64,000 nucleotides of DNA, from the NCBI GenBank assembly GCA_051532035.1, contig JAOPTW010000006.1, positions 183,960 through 247,959 on the forward strand, given 5' to 3'. The notes under the pieces were generated by a model. The model did not search any database. It saw only the letters and a program-made list of their open reading frames with translations, and was not told the origin of the DNA. This DNA is from Fibrobacterales bacterium. GTDB lineage: Bacteria; Fibrobacterota; Fibrobacteria; Fibrobacterales; JAOPTW01. Made by a program: the position numbers and the translations under genes. Positions 9,505-20,119 of this stretch are shown piece by piece (positions within the stretch are counted from its first letter, which is position 1; each line of letters opens with the position of its first letter).

Positions 9505-10635
9505 GAATGCTTCGCGAATGTAGACCGTCAAGCTTAGACCTGATTTTTGTACATACGAAATATCAGCCCGTACATTAAACTTATTTTGAGGATTCAGTGC
9601 GAGCCGCCCCCCTAAACCAATAGAGTAAAGAGTCTCACCCATTTCAAAGTCAGCCTGTTGCCCCCACACTTGAAAAGCTTCGGCAAAGGTCACTATTCCT
9701 AAACGCCACAAAAGCTCCCGACGATATTCAGCCCCAACACTTACAAGATTATTATCTCGGTAACGTCCTGACTCAATTCCTCGCATTTCATAGATGCCAT
9801 CTGGTGTAGCAAGAGCTCTAAACGGGATAGCATCGCCATAATTAACATGGTTATGAACCATTGTTGCAATAGCTCCAGAACCAACAGGAAAATACTTAGA
9901 TGCTTTAAAGCGGTATTTTAAGAAGTTGTACTCACTCCCTATTTTTTTATGATACCCAAAAGTTTCCAATGTTACATATTCACCTGCAGTAGCCCAATAT
10001 TGATGATTTTTATTATCATAGGTTACAACAAACCCAAGACCATTAGTACGAGCGCCATGACCACCAACTGTTGTTGGGTTGTCGAGAATACTCCCACTCT
10101 CTTTTGGAGTTATATCTTCCTGAGTATACTCCATTGTTACACCAGCATACAACCCTGGAAGGAATTCTTTTTCAAGTAAAAACTCAATGCCATAATTGGT
10201 TGCATCAAATGCGGTTGAATCTTCTTTCCCACCCATGCCCACACCGTAATAATTAGCGGGCCAAATGCTATAAAAAAAGTATGTCTGCATATGGTAAGAA
10301 TCCCAATACATGTCAGGTTTTGCCGAAACTTCCATCTGATTTTTAAGAGTATAAAAAGCGGCAGTCTCAACTGAAGAGGCATTGTCATTCGGTTTTTCGG
10401 GTTTAAAAAAATGTGCTGCGAAAACTCCCAAACGCCAGGATGTCTCTGTTGAGGAAACAATTATCGGAAGCAGTGCCCATTTTTGAAACGCCTCTTCACT
10501 TGTTTCATTCGCTAATATCTCTACGCTATCAGTGCTATCTTTGTCACTACCAACAACAGTCGTATCACTTTTATTTTGTGACCATCCTATAGCGCAAAGC
10601 GCAAAGAGCCACGCAATACATACTTGTTTCTTCAT
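9502..10635 (-). CDS. Omp85/BamA-TamA superfamily barrel without POTRA domains
   Basis: Signal peptide, EMRGIESGRYRD (Omp85 lid-loop-like RG motif), AEYR, GLGGR, C-terminal YIREAF. Confidence 0.75.
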   Translation of the reverse strand: MKKQVCIAWLFALCAIGWSQNKSDTTVVGSDKDSTDSVEILANETSEEAFQKWALLPIIVSSTETSWRLGVFAAHFFKPEKPNDNASSVETAAFYTLKNQMEVSAKPDMYWDSYHMQTYFFYSIWPANYYGVGMGGKEDSTAFDATNYGIEFLLEKEFLPGLYAGVTMEYTQEDITPKESGSILDNPTTVGGHGARTNGLGFVVTYDNKNHQYWATAGEYVTLETFGYHKKIGSEYNFLKYRFKASKYFPVGSGAIATMVHNHVNYGDAIPFRALATPDGIYEMRGIESGRYRDNNLVSVGAEYRRELLWRLGIVTFAEAFQVWGQQADFEMGETLYSIGLGGRLALNPQNKFNVRADISYVQKSGLSLTVYIREAF

Positions 10636-10637
10636 TG

Positions 10638-11657
10638 TTAATCCTCAGTTTCATCAGGAAACTGTTCACGCAATTTGTAGAGACAGTCTTGGAGAGACGA
10701 ACGAATTTCACCTACCGTTTTTTTCATCACCATGCTTGCTGTTTGCTCAGGCTCTTCATTTCTATGCCCTTGACGTATTTTACCATAGATCATATCATAG
10801 AGCTTGTTGATCCGGCTCTTCCAATCACCAGTATAATTCCACTTCACCTTTAGTAAATTCATGTCCGACTTTTTCCACAGTTTAACCGCTGTAGGAAAAG
10901 CGACATCAAGAATTGCAGAGATCAATACGACATTTGGATCATTAAACCCATTCTTCCGTTCTCCAGAATTTATATAAAACTCACACTCATTACGGGTGAA
11001 GTATTTTTCGAGTTGACCAAGCGCTTCAGCAGTCTCTTCTACATCACTTGAAAATACCGTAAAACCTGCATCACAATTACTATCCCAATCATTAGCAAAG
11101 CGCGGTAACAAGATACCGAGTTGTTGATGCATTAATTTAAAATGAGTAAAAAAACAGAACCTTCCATCGACAAATCGATCGAGGGTAAAAAAGAGGCCAT
11201 CAAGTTTTACATGCATCGAAGAGGGAAGATCCCTCCCGTGTTCTTGTTCATGAGATTTTTGTAAAAAGGCAAGAGCCCCCTTCCAATCAAACTCAGTTCG
11301 ATCATGGGCAAATGAAGGAGCGCCAATCTCCTCATTACAGATAACACAGACTTGAGGTGCTTCGGATGAGATGTCAACCGAAAATGAGTGACCACATTTC
11401 CGGCAGACAATATAAAATGAGTCCATGTTTCTATTGAGTAGCTTTGCATCATGCTCTAATCTGAGTGCCGAATTGCCCAGTGTGCGATACGCATCATTTA
11501 TCAAGAGCATTTTACTCGACGCAATTTGCTTAATTTCTACACCCAGTGTTGCAACTTTATCAGGATGATACTGTTTGCTTTTATCTCGATAAGCTTTATG
11601 TATCTCTTCCTGAATAGCATCGGGCGCTATTCCCAATAGTTTATAATAATCTACCAT
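10638..11657 (-). CDS. J-domain (DnaJ-like) protein with zinc-finger-like CxxC pair and unknown C-terminal domain
   Basis: DYYKLLG...AYR...YHPDK...INDAYRTL; CRKC...CVIC; start could also be GTG 11666. Confidence 0.75.
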   Translation of the reverse strand: MVDYYKLLGIAPDAIQEEIHKAYRDKSKQYHPDKVATLGVEIKQIASSKMLLINDAYRTLGNSALRLEHDAKLLNRNMDSFYIVCRKCGHSFSVDISSEAPQVCVICNEEIGAPSFAHDRTEFDWKGALAFLQKSHEQEHGRDLPSSMHVKLDGLFFTLDRFVDGRFCFFTHFKLMHQQLGILLPRFANDWDSNCDAGFTVFSSDVEETAEALGQLEKYFTRNECEFYINSGERKNGFNDPNVVLISAILDVAFPTAVKLWKKSDMNLLKVKWNYTGDWKSRINKLYDMIYGKIRQGHRNEEPEQTASMVMKKTVGEIRSSLQDCLYKLREQFPDETED

Positions 11658-11662
11658 AGTAC

Positions 11663-12658
11663 TCACGTATTTTTTACCACTCCATTTGCTAAGTAGGCCT
11701 TCCACGTTGACTCAAGAAGGGTCTTTACATCACTACACTCTGCCTTCCAGCCCAGAAGATCAAACGCTTTCTGAGACGAAGCATACAGATCTGCAGGGTC
11801 GCCTGCCCGTCTTCCCACAATATCATAGGCAATATTTCGGCCTGTAATCTCTTTTGCTGTATTGATCATCTCAAGTACACTGACACCGTTTCCAGTACCT
11901 AAATTTACCGTCAAACTTTTATTCTCTTTTTCAATATATTGAAGACTCATAACGTGTGCACGAGCAAGATCTGTTACATGGATATAATCACGTACACCAG
12001 TCCCATCAACCGTATCATAGTCATCACCAAATACCATTAATTTCTCACGCATTCCCGCAGCTGCTTCCATCACCACAGGAAGTAAATTTGCGGGTCCTTT
12101 TTCAAGGCCACTGCATTCACCGGTCACATCATACCCTGCAGCATTAAAATAGCGAAGTGCTGCGTACTTCACCCCTTTAAGCTCGTCGTACCACTTCATG
12201 AACCGTTCAATTTCGAGTTTCGTAAAACCGTAATAATTCTCAGGATTAGTAGGATGATTTTCATCCATAGGGAGATATTCAGGTGCACCATAGGTCGCTG
12301 CTGATGATGAGAAAACAATCGCCTTAATGCCACACTCAGAACAGGCGTTTAATATATTGACCGACCCTGTAATATTATTAACTGAATATTTTTCCGGTGC
12401 TTCCATAGACTCACCCGCAGCTTTCAAGGCCGCAAGATGTATCACTGCATCAATATTCTTACTCTTCATCGTCTCGACGAGTGTATCATAATCGAGAATG
12501 TCAGCTTCAACTAACGTTGAATCACGGAGAATATTTGACTTAAAGCCCGATGATAAATTGTCGTATACCACAACAGTATAATCATTATCAAGAAGTTCTT
12601 TTGAAACATGTGAGCCAATATATCCTGCTCCGCCAATTACTAATACGTTTTTCATCAC
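11663..12658 (-). CDS. galE: UDP-glucose 4-epimerase
   Basis: GGAGYIGSH, HLAA, FSSSAA, YGFTK, LRYFNAAG, DGTGVRDYIHV. Confidence 0.95.
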   Translation of the reverse strand: MMKNVLVIGGAGYIGSHVSKELLDNDYTVVVYDNLSSGFKSNILRDSTLVEADILDYDTLVETMKSKNIDAVIHLAALKAAGESMEAPEKYSVNNITGSVNILNACSECGIKAIVFSSSAATYGAPEYLPMDENHPTNPENYYGFTKLEIERFMKWYDELKGVKYAALRYFNAAGYDVTGECSGLEKGPANLLPVVMEAAAGMREKLMVFGDDYDTVDGTGVRDYIHVTDLARAHVMSLQYIEKENKSLTVNLGTGNGVSVLEMINTAKEITGRNIAYDIVGRRAGDPADLYASSQKAFDLLGWKAECSDVKTLLESTWKAYLANGVVKNT

Positions 12659-12718
12659 TTACCTTATTGAGAGTAAGTTATACGCTATGTTACTTACCCA
12701 TTTGGTTACATTTATACT

Positions 12719-13855
12719 ATGCAGTGTCCAAAATGTCATACTCAACAAACACAGAAGAGTCAGACCTGCTCATACTGTGGTGCTCCGCTCAATCCCTATC
12801 GTACCCTCATAGGGGTAGTCGGATTGGTTATTGCACTTATCACCACATTCCTTCTCTTAAATATGCATAATTCTTCCGAGGATTACCCCAAATTTGGCCA
12901 AAATTTGCCTGATTCGCCAATAATTGACATAATTGACACAAGTAACACCAACCCAAAGAGCATGATCACACTCTGGAATACCGGCCACTACAATGAAGCC
13001 TTTCAACAGGCACTCAAAGTGGGCAGCAGAGATACCCTCAACCTTACAGCACAGTATATTCAAGCACTCTTTTGGTATAATTCCGGAGGCATTGATCGCT
13101 CCCTCAGATTTTTCACAAAGCTCCAATCCGACACTACCTACAGAGATAATGTACTCGTCTGGATTAAGAAAATCAGGCTCAAGCAAGCCGAACGCGACAG
13201 ACTCAGCCGCTGTGCATCTGAACACTTTTTTATCCGCTATGAAGGAACGACCGCTTTTTCCTATTGTGACACCATAATCACCCTTTTTGAAAATGCGGCA
13301 TCAACACTATCACAAAAACTCTCCTATTACCCTGTAGACCCATTTGAAGTGATTCTCTTTCATGACCCCATATTCAAAGGACTCCACACCATTCCCGAGT
13401 GGGCTGCCGCTCACTTTGATGGCGCTATTAGAATCCCTGTACAGTCACTTACCACATACCCATCCCTTAAAACACTTGTGATTCACGAGCTCACTCATGC
13501 CTACCTTTCCCAGATCAATCCACTCATTCCCTCATGGATTCACGAAGGTACCGCTCAGTATTTTGATCAAACTCATACAGACTCATCACTTGTCACCGCC
13601 ATGACATGGCCAACACCATCAACTATGCAACTCCCCTTTTCTACTGCAACAGAACATACTCAAGTGTCCCTTAGGTATCACATTGCCCTCCAGTTGATTA
13701 CAACACTGTTTAACAATAACCCCATCCAACTATTTAAGCCATTTGTTATTGAGTACGATAAAGAAAAGCCCGATTACGCTCTTAAAAAGCACTATGATAT
13801 TACCTTCGAAAAGCTATATTCTGTAACACACGCTCGTTGGAGACCTGAAGAATGA
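12719..13855 (+). CDS. Zinc-ribbon + TM + TPR-like + HExxH metallopeptidase (MA-like) protein
   Basis: CPKC..CSYC, one TM helix, helical repeats, HELTH followed by WIHEGTA. Confidence 0.65.
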   Translation: MQCPKCHTQQTQKSQTCSYCGAPLNPYRTLIGVVGLVIALITTFLLLNMHNSSEDYPKFGQNLPDSPIIDIIDTSNTNPKSMITLWNTGHYNEAFQQALKVGSRDTLNLTAQYIQALFWYNSGGIDRSLRFFTKLQSDTTYRDNVLVWIKKIRLKQAERDRLSRCASEHFFIRYEGTTAFSYCDTIITLFENAASTLSQKLSYYPVDPFEVILFHDPIFKGLHTIPEWAAAHFDGAIRIPVQSLTTYPSLKTLVIHELTHAYLSQINPLIPSWIHEGTAQYFDQTHTDSSLVTAMTWPTPSTMQLPFSTATEHTQVSLRYHIALQLITTLFNNNPIQLFKPFVIEYDKEKPDYALKKHYDITFEKLYSVTHARWRPEE

Positions 13856-15144
13856 CTGAAACGACTATTGCAAAACTTCCCGAACACATTGACTCACAAG
13901 TAACCCTTTTTGGTTGGGCATGGCACCAGCGTGGCAGCGGGAAAGTCCGTTTCATAAAAGTACGTGACGGGAGTGGTTTTGTACAAGCAGTTGTTGGTAA
14001 AGAAGATGTGGGAGAAACGATATTCGATGTTGCACGCCATATCTCACAAGAGTCATCCATCAAAATAGTTGCCACCGTCGTTACCAATGATCGAGACCCT
14101 CTTGGTGTTGAACTCCTCGTGTCACACATAGAGGTTATTAACGAGTCCAAGGATTACCCTATTACACCCAAAGAGCACGGCACCGATTTTTTAATGGATA
14201 ACCGGCATCTCTGGCTTCGCTCTCCAAGACAACATGCAATTCTTCAAGTACGTCACCAAATTATCACATCAGTGCGGAGTTATTTCGACAGTGATGGGTT
14301 TACCTTGGTCGATGCCCCTATTTTTACACCCAATGCTTGCGAAGGCACAAGCAACCTCTTCGAGACCGACTACTTTGGCCAATCAGCCTACCTTTCGCAA
14401 AGTGGACAACTCTACATGGAAGCCGCAGCAATGGCCGTCGGTAAAGCGTACTGTTTTGGCCCAACCTTTAGAGCAGAAAACTCAAATACACGCCGTCATC
14501 TGACTGAGTTCTGGATGGTTGAACCTGAAGTTGCCTATCTTGAACTCGATGGTGATATGGACCTTGCTGAGGGACTCTTACAAAAAATCATAACCGATGT
14601 TTTAGCCAATTGCCCCATCCAACTCGAGACCCTCAAGCGTGATACTGCACTCCTTAAAAAAGGCCTCACCCCCTTTGCACGAATCTCTTACGATGAAGCT
14701 GTTGCAATTCTAAAATCTGAAGGGGTCGATTTTACTTGGGGGGATGACTTTGGTGGTGGAGACGAAACCGTAATATCGAGTAAATTCGAAACACCGGTCA
14801 TTGTACACCGCTACCCCGCTGATATTAAACCATTTTATATGAAAAAAGATCCTGAAAACCCCAAAGTATGCCTCAATATGGATATTCTCGCCCCCGAAGG
14901 GTATGGTGAGATTGTCGGAGGCAGTGAACGCGAGGCTTCTCTCGATGTACTTCTTGAAGGCATAAAAAAACATGATCTCGATCCAGAAATTTTTGACTGG
15001 TACCTCGACCTCAGAAAATATGGTTCGGTCCCTCATGCTGGCTTTGGCCTAGGAATTGAGCGCACTGTTGCATGGATATGCGGACTTTCTCATGTGAGAG
15101 AAACAATCCCTTTCCCTCGACTTCCTCGAAGGATCCGCCCTTAA
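13852..15144 (+). CDS. asnS: Asparagine--tRNA ligase
   Basis: OB-fold start, [49 protein letters not shown]. Confidence 0.93.
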   Translation: MTETTIAKLPEHIDSQVTLFGWAWHQRGSGKVRFIKVRDGSGFVQAVVGKEDVGETIFDVARHISQESSIKIVATVVTNDRDPLGVELLVSHIEVINESKDYPITPKEHGTDFLMDNRHLWLRSPRQHAILQVRHQIITSVRSYFDSDGFTLVDAPIFTPNACEGTSNLFETDYFGQSAYLSQSGQLYMEAAAMAVGKAYCFGPTFRAENSNTRRHLTEFWMVEPEVAYLELDGDMDLAEGLLQKIITDVLANCPIQLETLKRDTALLKKGLTPFARISYDEAVAILKSEGVDFTWGDDFGGGDETVISSKFETPVIVHRYPADIKPFYMKKDPENPKVCLNMDILAPEGYGEIVGGSEREASLDVLLEGIKKHDLDPEIFDWYLDLRKYGSVPHAGFGLGIERTVAWICGLSHVRETIPFPRLPRRIRP

Positions 15145-15256
15145 TACCCCTTCAAAGGGGTTAATTTCGGCATTTTTGAGCAACATAGGCCAATTAATAG
15201 CCTCTTTTCATTCATTTTGTTATTTTATATCCAACAGAATAACCATGGTAAATCCG

Positions 15257-15784
15257 ATGAAATTTATTGTACTCCTTATGGCTGCGCTCCTTACAAGTAC
15301 CGTTAGCGCACAACGTCTCCCTGTAGAAGTTACTGGTCCTGTACCAGAAATTGATAAAAATGGCATTGAGCAGGTAATGGATTTTTCAGTACCTCTGACA
15401 GGCATCTCCGATCAAGGTCTCAAATTTAACACCTTCAAAAACCGCCCTCTCTTTATTTTCTACTTCTCTGCAAAATGTCCTCACTGTCAAAAGACCTATC
15501 CGAAAATCCAAAAGATCTCTGATGAATACACCGCTAAAGGCCTGACAACTATTGCAGTAGCCGTTTCGGGTAACAAAAAATCAGACATCAGAACATTCAT
15601 ACGCGACACTGGAGTACGTGTCCCGATGCTTCAAGACAAAGACCGCAAATTCTCTGATGCGTATGGTACCGGAAGTGTTCCTCTTGGTGTGTTGGTATTA
15701 CCTAATGGGCGCTATATTCGTTATAAAAGTCTTGGTGCAGAGCTCGAACATTTAAAGAGTCAGCTTGATAAACTTTCAAAATAA
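15257..15784 (+). CDS. Exported thioredoxin-fold redoxin (TlpA/ResA-like)
   Basis: Signal peptide, FYFSAKCPHC, cis-Pro loop GSVP; start could be 15245. Confidence 0.8.
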   Translation: MKFIVLLMAALLTSTVSAQRLPVEVTGPVPEIDKNGIEQVMDFSVPLTGISDQGLKFNTFKNRPLFIFYFSAKCPHCQKTYPKIQKISDEYTAKGLTTIAVAVSGNKKSDIRTFIRDTGVRVPMLQDKDRKFSDAYGTGSVPLGVLVLPNGRYIRYKSLGAELEHLKSQLDKLSK

Positions 15785-15847
15785 TCGCATCACAAAAGTT
15801 CTTTATAATGCTGCTCCTCAGGGCAGCATTTTTTGTATCTGTACCCT

Positions 15848-16834
15848 ATGATTGTAAATACAACATTCACTAACCGAGTATATCAGCACCATCGCGGACT
15901 CTCCTTTGTCGACATGCTCACAGAACGGTTTACCTATCGCAATAGAGAATCCTGGCTTGCTCTTATTGCGGATGAGATCGTTCTTCTCAATAATGAACCT
16001 ACCTCTCCTGATACTGTTGTTGCAACCAATGACGCCATCACCTACCTTGTAAAAAACTACAATGAACCCGATGTTCCGACGGATTATGAGATAGTTTATG
16101 AAAATAGTGATGTTGTACTGGTATCCAAGCCACCTCAAGTACCGGTGCAGCAAACGGGTCGAATCATTTATAATACCATGACCAATATGCTCAGAAGGGA
16201 TTTGCACAACGATGCCGTTGTTCCCTTTCACCGAATTGACCGAGAGACCAGTGGCCTTATTCTCTTTGCAAAAAACAATCCATTTTGCAAAGCCCACCAA
16301 AAACATTTGAGCACTATTCTCCATCGAAAATTTTATCTCGCCCTTGTTTCAGGCTCAGTTAACTATTCGAACAAACATATTTCACTCCCTCTTGGAATGC
16401 GTGACGATTCACCTATTCGCACCAAGATGTACCCTCATAGTGGCAAGCAACAGATATCAGAAAGTACCTTTCATACCATCGCCACATGCGACAGTCACTC
16501 GTTACTTCTTATTGAAATACACACCGGAAGAAAACATCAAATAAGAGCACAATGTGAATATCTTGGTCATTCTATTATCGGCGATAAAATCTATTCACAC
16601 GATGGATCGTTTTATCTGAATTATGTTGATAGGGATTTACATCAAGAGGAGATAGAGACCCTCGGAAGTAGTCGACTCTTGCTCCATTCCTTTGCGCTCG
16701 ATCTCCATTTGCCAGACCTCAAACCACAACTATTCAACACAACTAAAAGCTGTAGTGAATTTGAACAGTACTGTGTGGTATTTGATAACTGGAAAGAGCG
16801 ATCCATACAACAGGTCTTAGAGCTCACTTCCTAA
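15848..16834 (+). CDS. RluA/RluD-family pseudouridine synthase
   Basis: S4-like N-terminus, SKP, HRIDRETSG, TGRKHQIR, IIGDKIY, LLHS. Confidence 0.9.
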   Translation: MIVNTTFTNRVYQHHRGLSFVDMLTERFTYRNRESWLALIADEIVLLNNEPTSPDTVVATNDAITYLVKNYNEPDVPTDYEIVYENSDVVLVSKPPQVPVQQTGRIIYNTMTNMLRRDLHNDAVVPFHRIDRETSGLILFAKNNPFCKAHQKHLSTILHRKFYLALVSGSVNYSNKHISLPLGMRDDSPIRTKMYPHSGKQQISESTFHTIATCDSHSLLLIEIHTGRKHQIRAQCEYLGHSIIGDKIYSHDGSFYLNYVDRDLHQEEIETLGSSRLLLHSFALDLHLPDLKPQLFNTTKSCSEFEQYCVVFDNWKERSIQQVLELTS

Positions 16835-16840
16835 AATAGT

Positions 16841-18673
16841 CTATTTTTTAAAATTACCTTCATCAGTAATAAGATAGTGACCCGGCTGATCAATCACAAT
16901 CGAGTGTGTCTCACCTTTCTCAAACCGATATCCTCGAATTTTTACTGATTCAGGCGCTTCTTCACATTCTACCTCAGAAAGAGCGCGGATTGTATAACCA
17001 CCATTTGCCACAGTCAAATCTTTTATCTCAACCTCAGCACCATCTACTGCCTGTACAACAAGCGCTGCACCACTCGCTATTGTCACTCCATCAAGAGTAA
17101 CGCCACTTCCCTTGATTACGAGAGTTGCATCTGAGGCTATGGTACACTTTTTAAATTTCTCTGCCACCTCACCCACCGAAAGTGCAGTTGAAGGCTTTAT
17201 GACAATCTGTGGCCCCTGAAAGGGAAGCCCCAAAAAGAGTTGTTCAGCTCCCTGACCTACAGTAGAGCCCGCAAAGCGAAGTTTTTCACTGTTACCCAGA
17301 TAATAATCACGTTCTGCAGTTGAAGCACACTCAGGATTACTCCCTCCTTCAAACTTACCTACTGCATCTCGTGCATTGTTTTTATTCGCACTAAAGCTCC
17401 AAGCACGATTAAATAGAGTCACACCTGCCTTATGTTGGGGCCCCAGCAATTTGGGGTAGTCCTGCATCATAGTTTCAAGCCGCGTTGGACTTTTAAAAAT
17501 ATCTTTTGAGTCATCAGCATACTTTGGATTTACAAACTCCGCAATAATACCCTGCGACTTTTCGAGAATATCAATATAACTCGAAAGCTTAATGATGAGT
17601 GCATTGGTGTTCCCTGGATACCGAGAAAACCCATTTTCATCTGCCACATCACCCTCAGGGCTTATGGTCGCTCTTAGAAGAGGATCAAGTTGATTGTACT
17701 CAACATTCAGTGAGAGAGCGTGATCACCCTTAACCAATTTAGTTAACGCACCAACTGCTTCACCAGGAATCCGCGTTGCCCCTGCGATATTAAAGTCATA
17801 CTCATGCTTAATTGAAGCCCCTAAAAAGGCCGGTGCCGCATTCATAATTTGGCCATTGGTATCTTGAATAAAGAGAAGATACTCTGTCCCCTCTGTATAG
17901 AGTTTCTGAGCAAGGCCACTACTGTGAATGAGCATGTGAACATCACCATGGCCATGAGGTTTCATCTCAAGGTTATAAGGTTCATTCAGTGCGAGGCCAC
18001 CATCATTATTGGCTATAGCGGGCACAAGCTCTTGCATAAGCAAATGTACTTGTTCCTGTTTTAGGCCAAAATAGTTGTTGCGCTTTAGGGATGCAACCGT
18101 CTGCTCATGAGTATCTTTTGAAGTCATGATAATAAAGGGGAGTGCACACGCTTCATCAGCACGATTCTCCATCGCTTTAATCGTTTCACAGTAATACTGG
18201 AGATACGTCTGACCAGTCACTCCTTCAAAAGGAATATCAATTTTAATACCACCATATCCTAAACGCTCACCAAGACCACCAGCAACCATCACAAATCCCA
18301 CTGTGTGATACTGCTCTTCAGCGTATGATTCATACTCGAGATAGGTTTCGTTGAGTTCTCTTAGGTCTACGCCATCGGGTTTTTCCGGGATATACCCATC
18401 AAAAGGATTTGCGCCACTTTTTGAATCAGCCAATAATCGCTTCGCATTAGAGATATACTGTATCAAACCACCTGAATACGATGCGTCAACGCGTACCAAT
18501 GTTTGTACAAATGCCTTTTTCTTATCATCATTCACACCACAAACATCCCAATCAGAAAAAAGGTGCTCATTACTATTACCACAGATTTTAGCAATCAAAT
18601 CCAGTTCACTCTGAGAAAAGAGTACAGCATTAGTACCAAGTACCATTGTAGCGATAGTGTGTTCTGACGACAT
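16841..18673 (-). CDS. UDP-sugar pyrophosphorylase (USP type)
   Basis: FVMVAGGLGERLGY.GIK, KPHGHGDVH, FIQDTN, NVEYNQLDPLLR, YPGN.N, EFVNPKY, TRLE.MMQDYPK; GAGGAG RBS before ATG 18673. Confidence 0.85.
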   Translation of the reverse strand: MSSEHTIATMVLGTNAVLFSQSELDLIAKICGNSNEHLFSDWDVCGVNDDKKKAFVQTLVRVDASYSGGLIQYISNAKRLLADSKSGANPFDGYIPEKPDGVDLRELNETYLEYESYAEEQYHTVGFVMVAGGLGERLGYGGIKIDIPFEGVTGQTYLQYYCETIKAMENRADEACALPFIIMTSKDTHEQTVASLKRNNYFGLKQEQVHLLMQELVPAIANNDGGLALNEPYNLEMKPHGHGDVHMLIHSSGLAQKLYTEGTEYLLFIQDTNGQIMNAAPAFLGASIKHEYDFNIAGATRIPGEAVGALTKLVKGDHALSLNVEYNQLDPLLRATISPEGDVADENGFSRYPGNTNALIIKLSSYIDILEKSQGIIAEFVNPKYADDSKDIFKSPTRLETMMQDYPKLLGPQHKAGVTLFNRAWSFSANKNNARDAVGKFEGGSNPECASTAERDYYLGNSEKLRFAGSTVGQGAEQLFLGLPFQGPQIVIKPSTALSVGEVAEKFKKCTIASDATLVIKGSGVTLDGVTIASGAALVVQAVDGAEVEIKDLTVANGGYTIRALSEVECEEAPESVKIRGYRFEKGETHSIVIDQPGHYLITDEGNFKK

Positions 18674-18872
18674 GAGGCTCCTCACTGCTCAAAATGAGCT
18701 TCTGGGACTATATATTAGCGAATAAGAGAAATATAGTTCTCCTCACTCCAAGAGACAAGAAGAGTTGCCGATGAAAAGGAGTTTTTACAAAGGGAATTAC
18801 AGAGTTTGACTTCCTAAATAGTGCTCATTAGACATACAGAACGTAAAAAACAGGCCAATTATGAATTTGTTC

Positions 18873-18907
18873 AAAAAAAGGTTGTCTCATATATAGAGAC
18901 AACCTTT
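18873..18907 (-). terminator. Intrinsic terminator
   Basis: Stem AAAGGTTGTCTC/GAGACAACCTTT with U-tract on the minus strand, after the lipoprotein gene. Confidence 0.8.
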
Positions 18908-18932
18908 GAATATTTTATGAAAGCTGTTCAGT

Positions 18933-19241
18933 CTATTCTGCAGCACATAACAATGCACTTTCCTCTGAATAGGTATACATAGTTGCAGGGTCTTGGGGAC
19001 ATGATTTTGTTACATTTTCAGATGGACAAGCAGTACCTTCTGTATAAGTATTTAAATCTGTATCATCCATTTTCTCACATGCACCTGCACCAGGATTTTG
19101 CGCCATTTCTATACAATACGAATTAGCACCTTCATAAGATGTAAGGCATGACCAAGTTCCATTTCCAGATGTAGAATCATCATCACAACCAGTGATTAAA
19201 GCGAATGTTAAGAGAGCAGTTAATAAAACTAATAATTTCAT
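18933..19241 (-). CDS. Small Cys-rich lipoprotein
   Basis: MKLLVLLTALLTFALITG-C lipobox, six further Cys, own terminator. Confidence 0.75.
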   Translation of the reverse strand: MKLLVLLTALLTFALITGCDDDSTSGNGTWSCLTSYEGANSYCIEMAQNPGAGACEKMDDTDLNTYTEGTACPSENVTKSCPQDPATMYTYSEESALLCAAE

Positions 19242-19381
19242 ATTTTTCCTTTTTGTGTGTCCAGTTATTTGCTGGCATGCAAGATAGTTAATACACATTT
19301 TTTATAAATATGAATAGATGTATTTGTTAATATTTCCGCTTACCAAAAGTAAACACGCCCATGTCCCATAACAGCAAACAA

Positions 19382-19864
19382 CTACCGCATAAGCTTCTTA
19401 ACAGCACCCAGAAGTTTCTTCTTGTCATCCTCTTCAAAGCCCTCAACCTTGAGTACCAATTCACCCTTACCATTAAAGAGAAAGATCGAAGGGAGTGAAA
19501 ACACTTCGAGGTCTTCTGCAAGTCGACTCCCCTGCCCCGCGAAAAGAGTGGGATACTCAATGTTGTTTTTGATCATATAACTAACCACTTTATTACGTCT
19601 CTTCTTTTCTGTATTAATACCAATGGTAGCAAAAGCTTTATTCTCGTACTTTTTCTGCAGTTCATTGAGTACTGGAATAACTTTTTTACAACTCAAACAC
19701 CAGGTTGCCCAAAAGTCTATTATGAGCGCCTTGCCTTCAAACTCTTTTGAAGAGACCACCATACCATCTACATTCTGAAAGGCGAATTTAGGCAATATCT
19801 GCTTCTCTTGGGCAGATAGAGTAGCGCCCAAATAAAGGCAGAGTAGTAGTATTATTTTAATCAC
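19382..19864 (-). CDS. TlpA-family disulfide reductase
   Basis: Signal peptide, IDFWATWCLSC, SLPS; GTG start with AAGGAG RBS. Confidence 0.85.
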   Translation of the reverse strand: MIKIILLLCLYLGATLSAQEKQILPKFAFQNVDGMVVSSKEFEGKALIIDFWATWCLSCKKVIPVLNELQKKYENKAFATIGINTEKKRRNKVVSYMIKNNIEYPTLFAGQGSRLAEDLEVFSLPSIFLFNGKGELVLKVEGFEEDDKKKLLGAVKKLMR

Positions 19865-20119
19865 AGGTAACTCCTTAATCAGTAAAAAAGTGCCTCCATA
19901 ATATATATTCTGGTAATAAATATCATTCATAAAGATTCATTTTTATCCCTGCCTTAGGATACAAAAACGAACTTGTTACAGCTTGTAATATTAACAAACC
20001 CTAATAAGCATTTCTCTTTTATTACCTGAATATTAAGGCAATATTGCTATAATAGGTGGTATTATGATATTCAGGGAGCATGACTCTCCCGACAAAGTGT
20101 GAAGGTTTAAATTTTATCA

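Noticed and set aside
15818..16324. 168-aa antisense ORF
   Set aside because: Lies opposite the well-supported pseudouridine synthase and has no motif.
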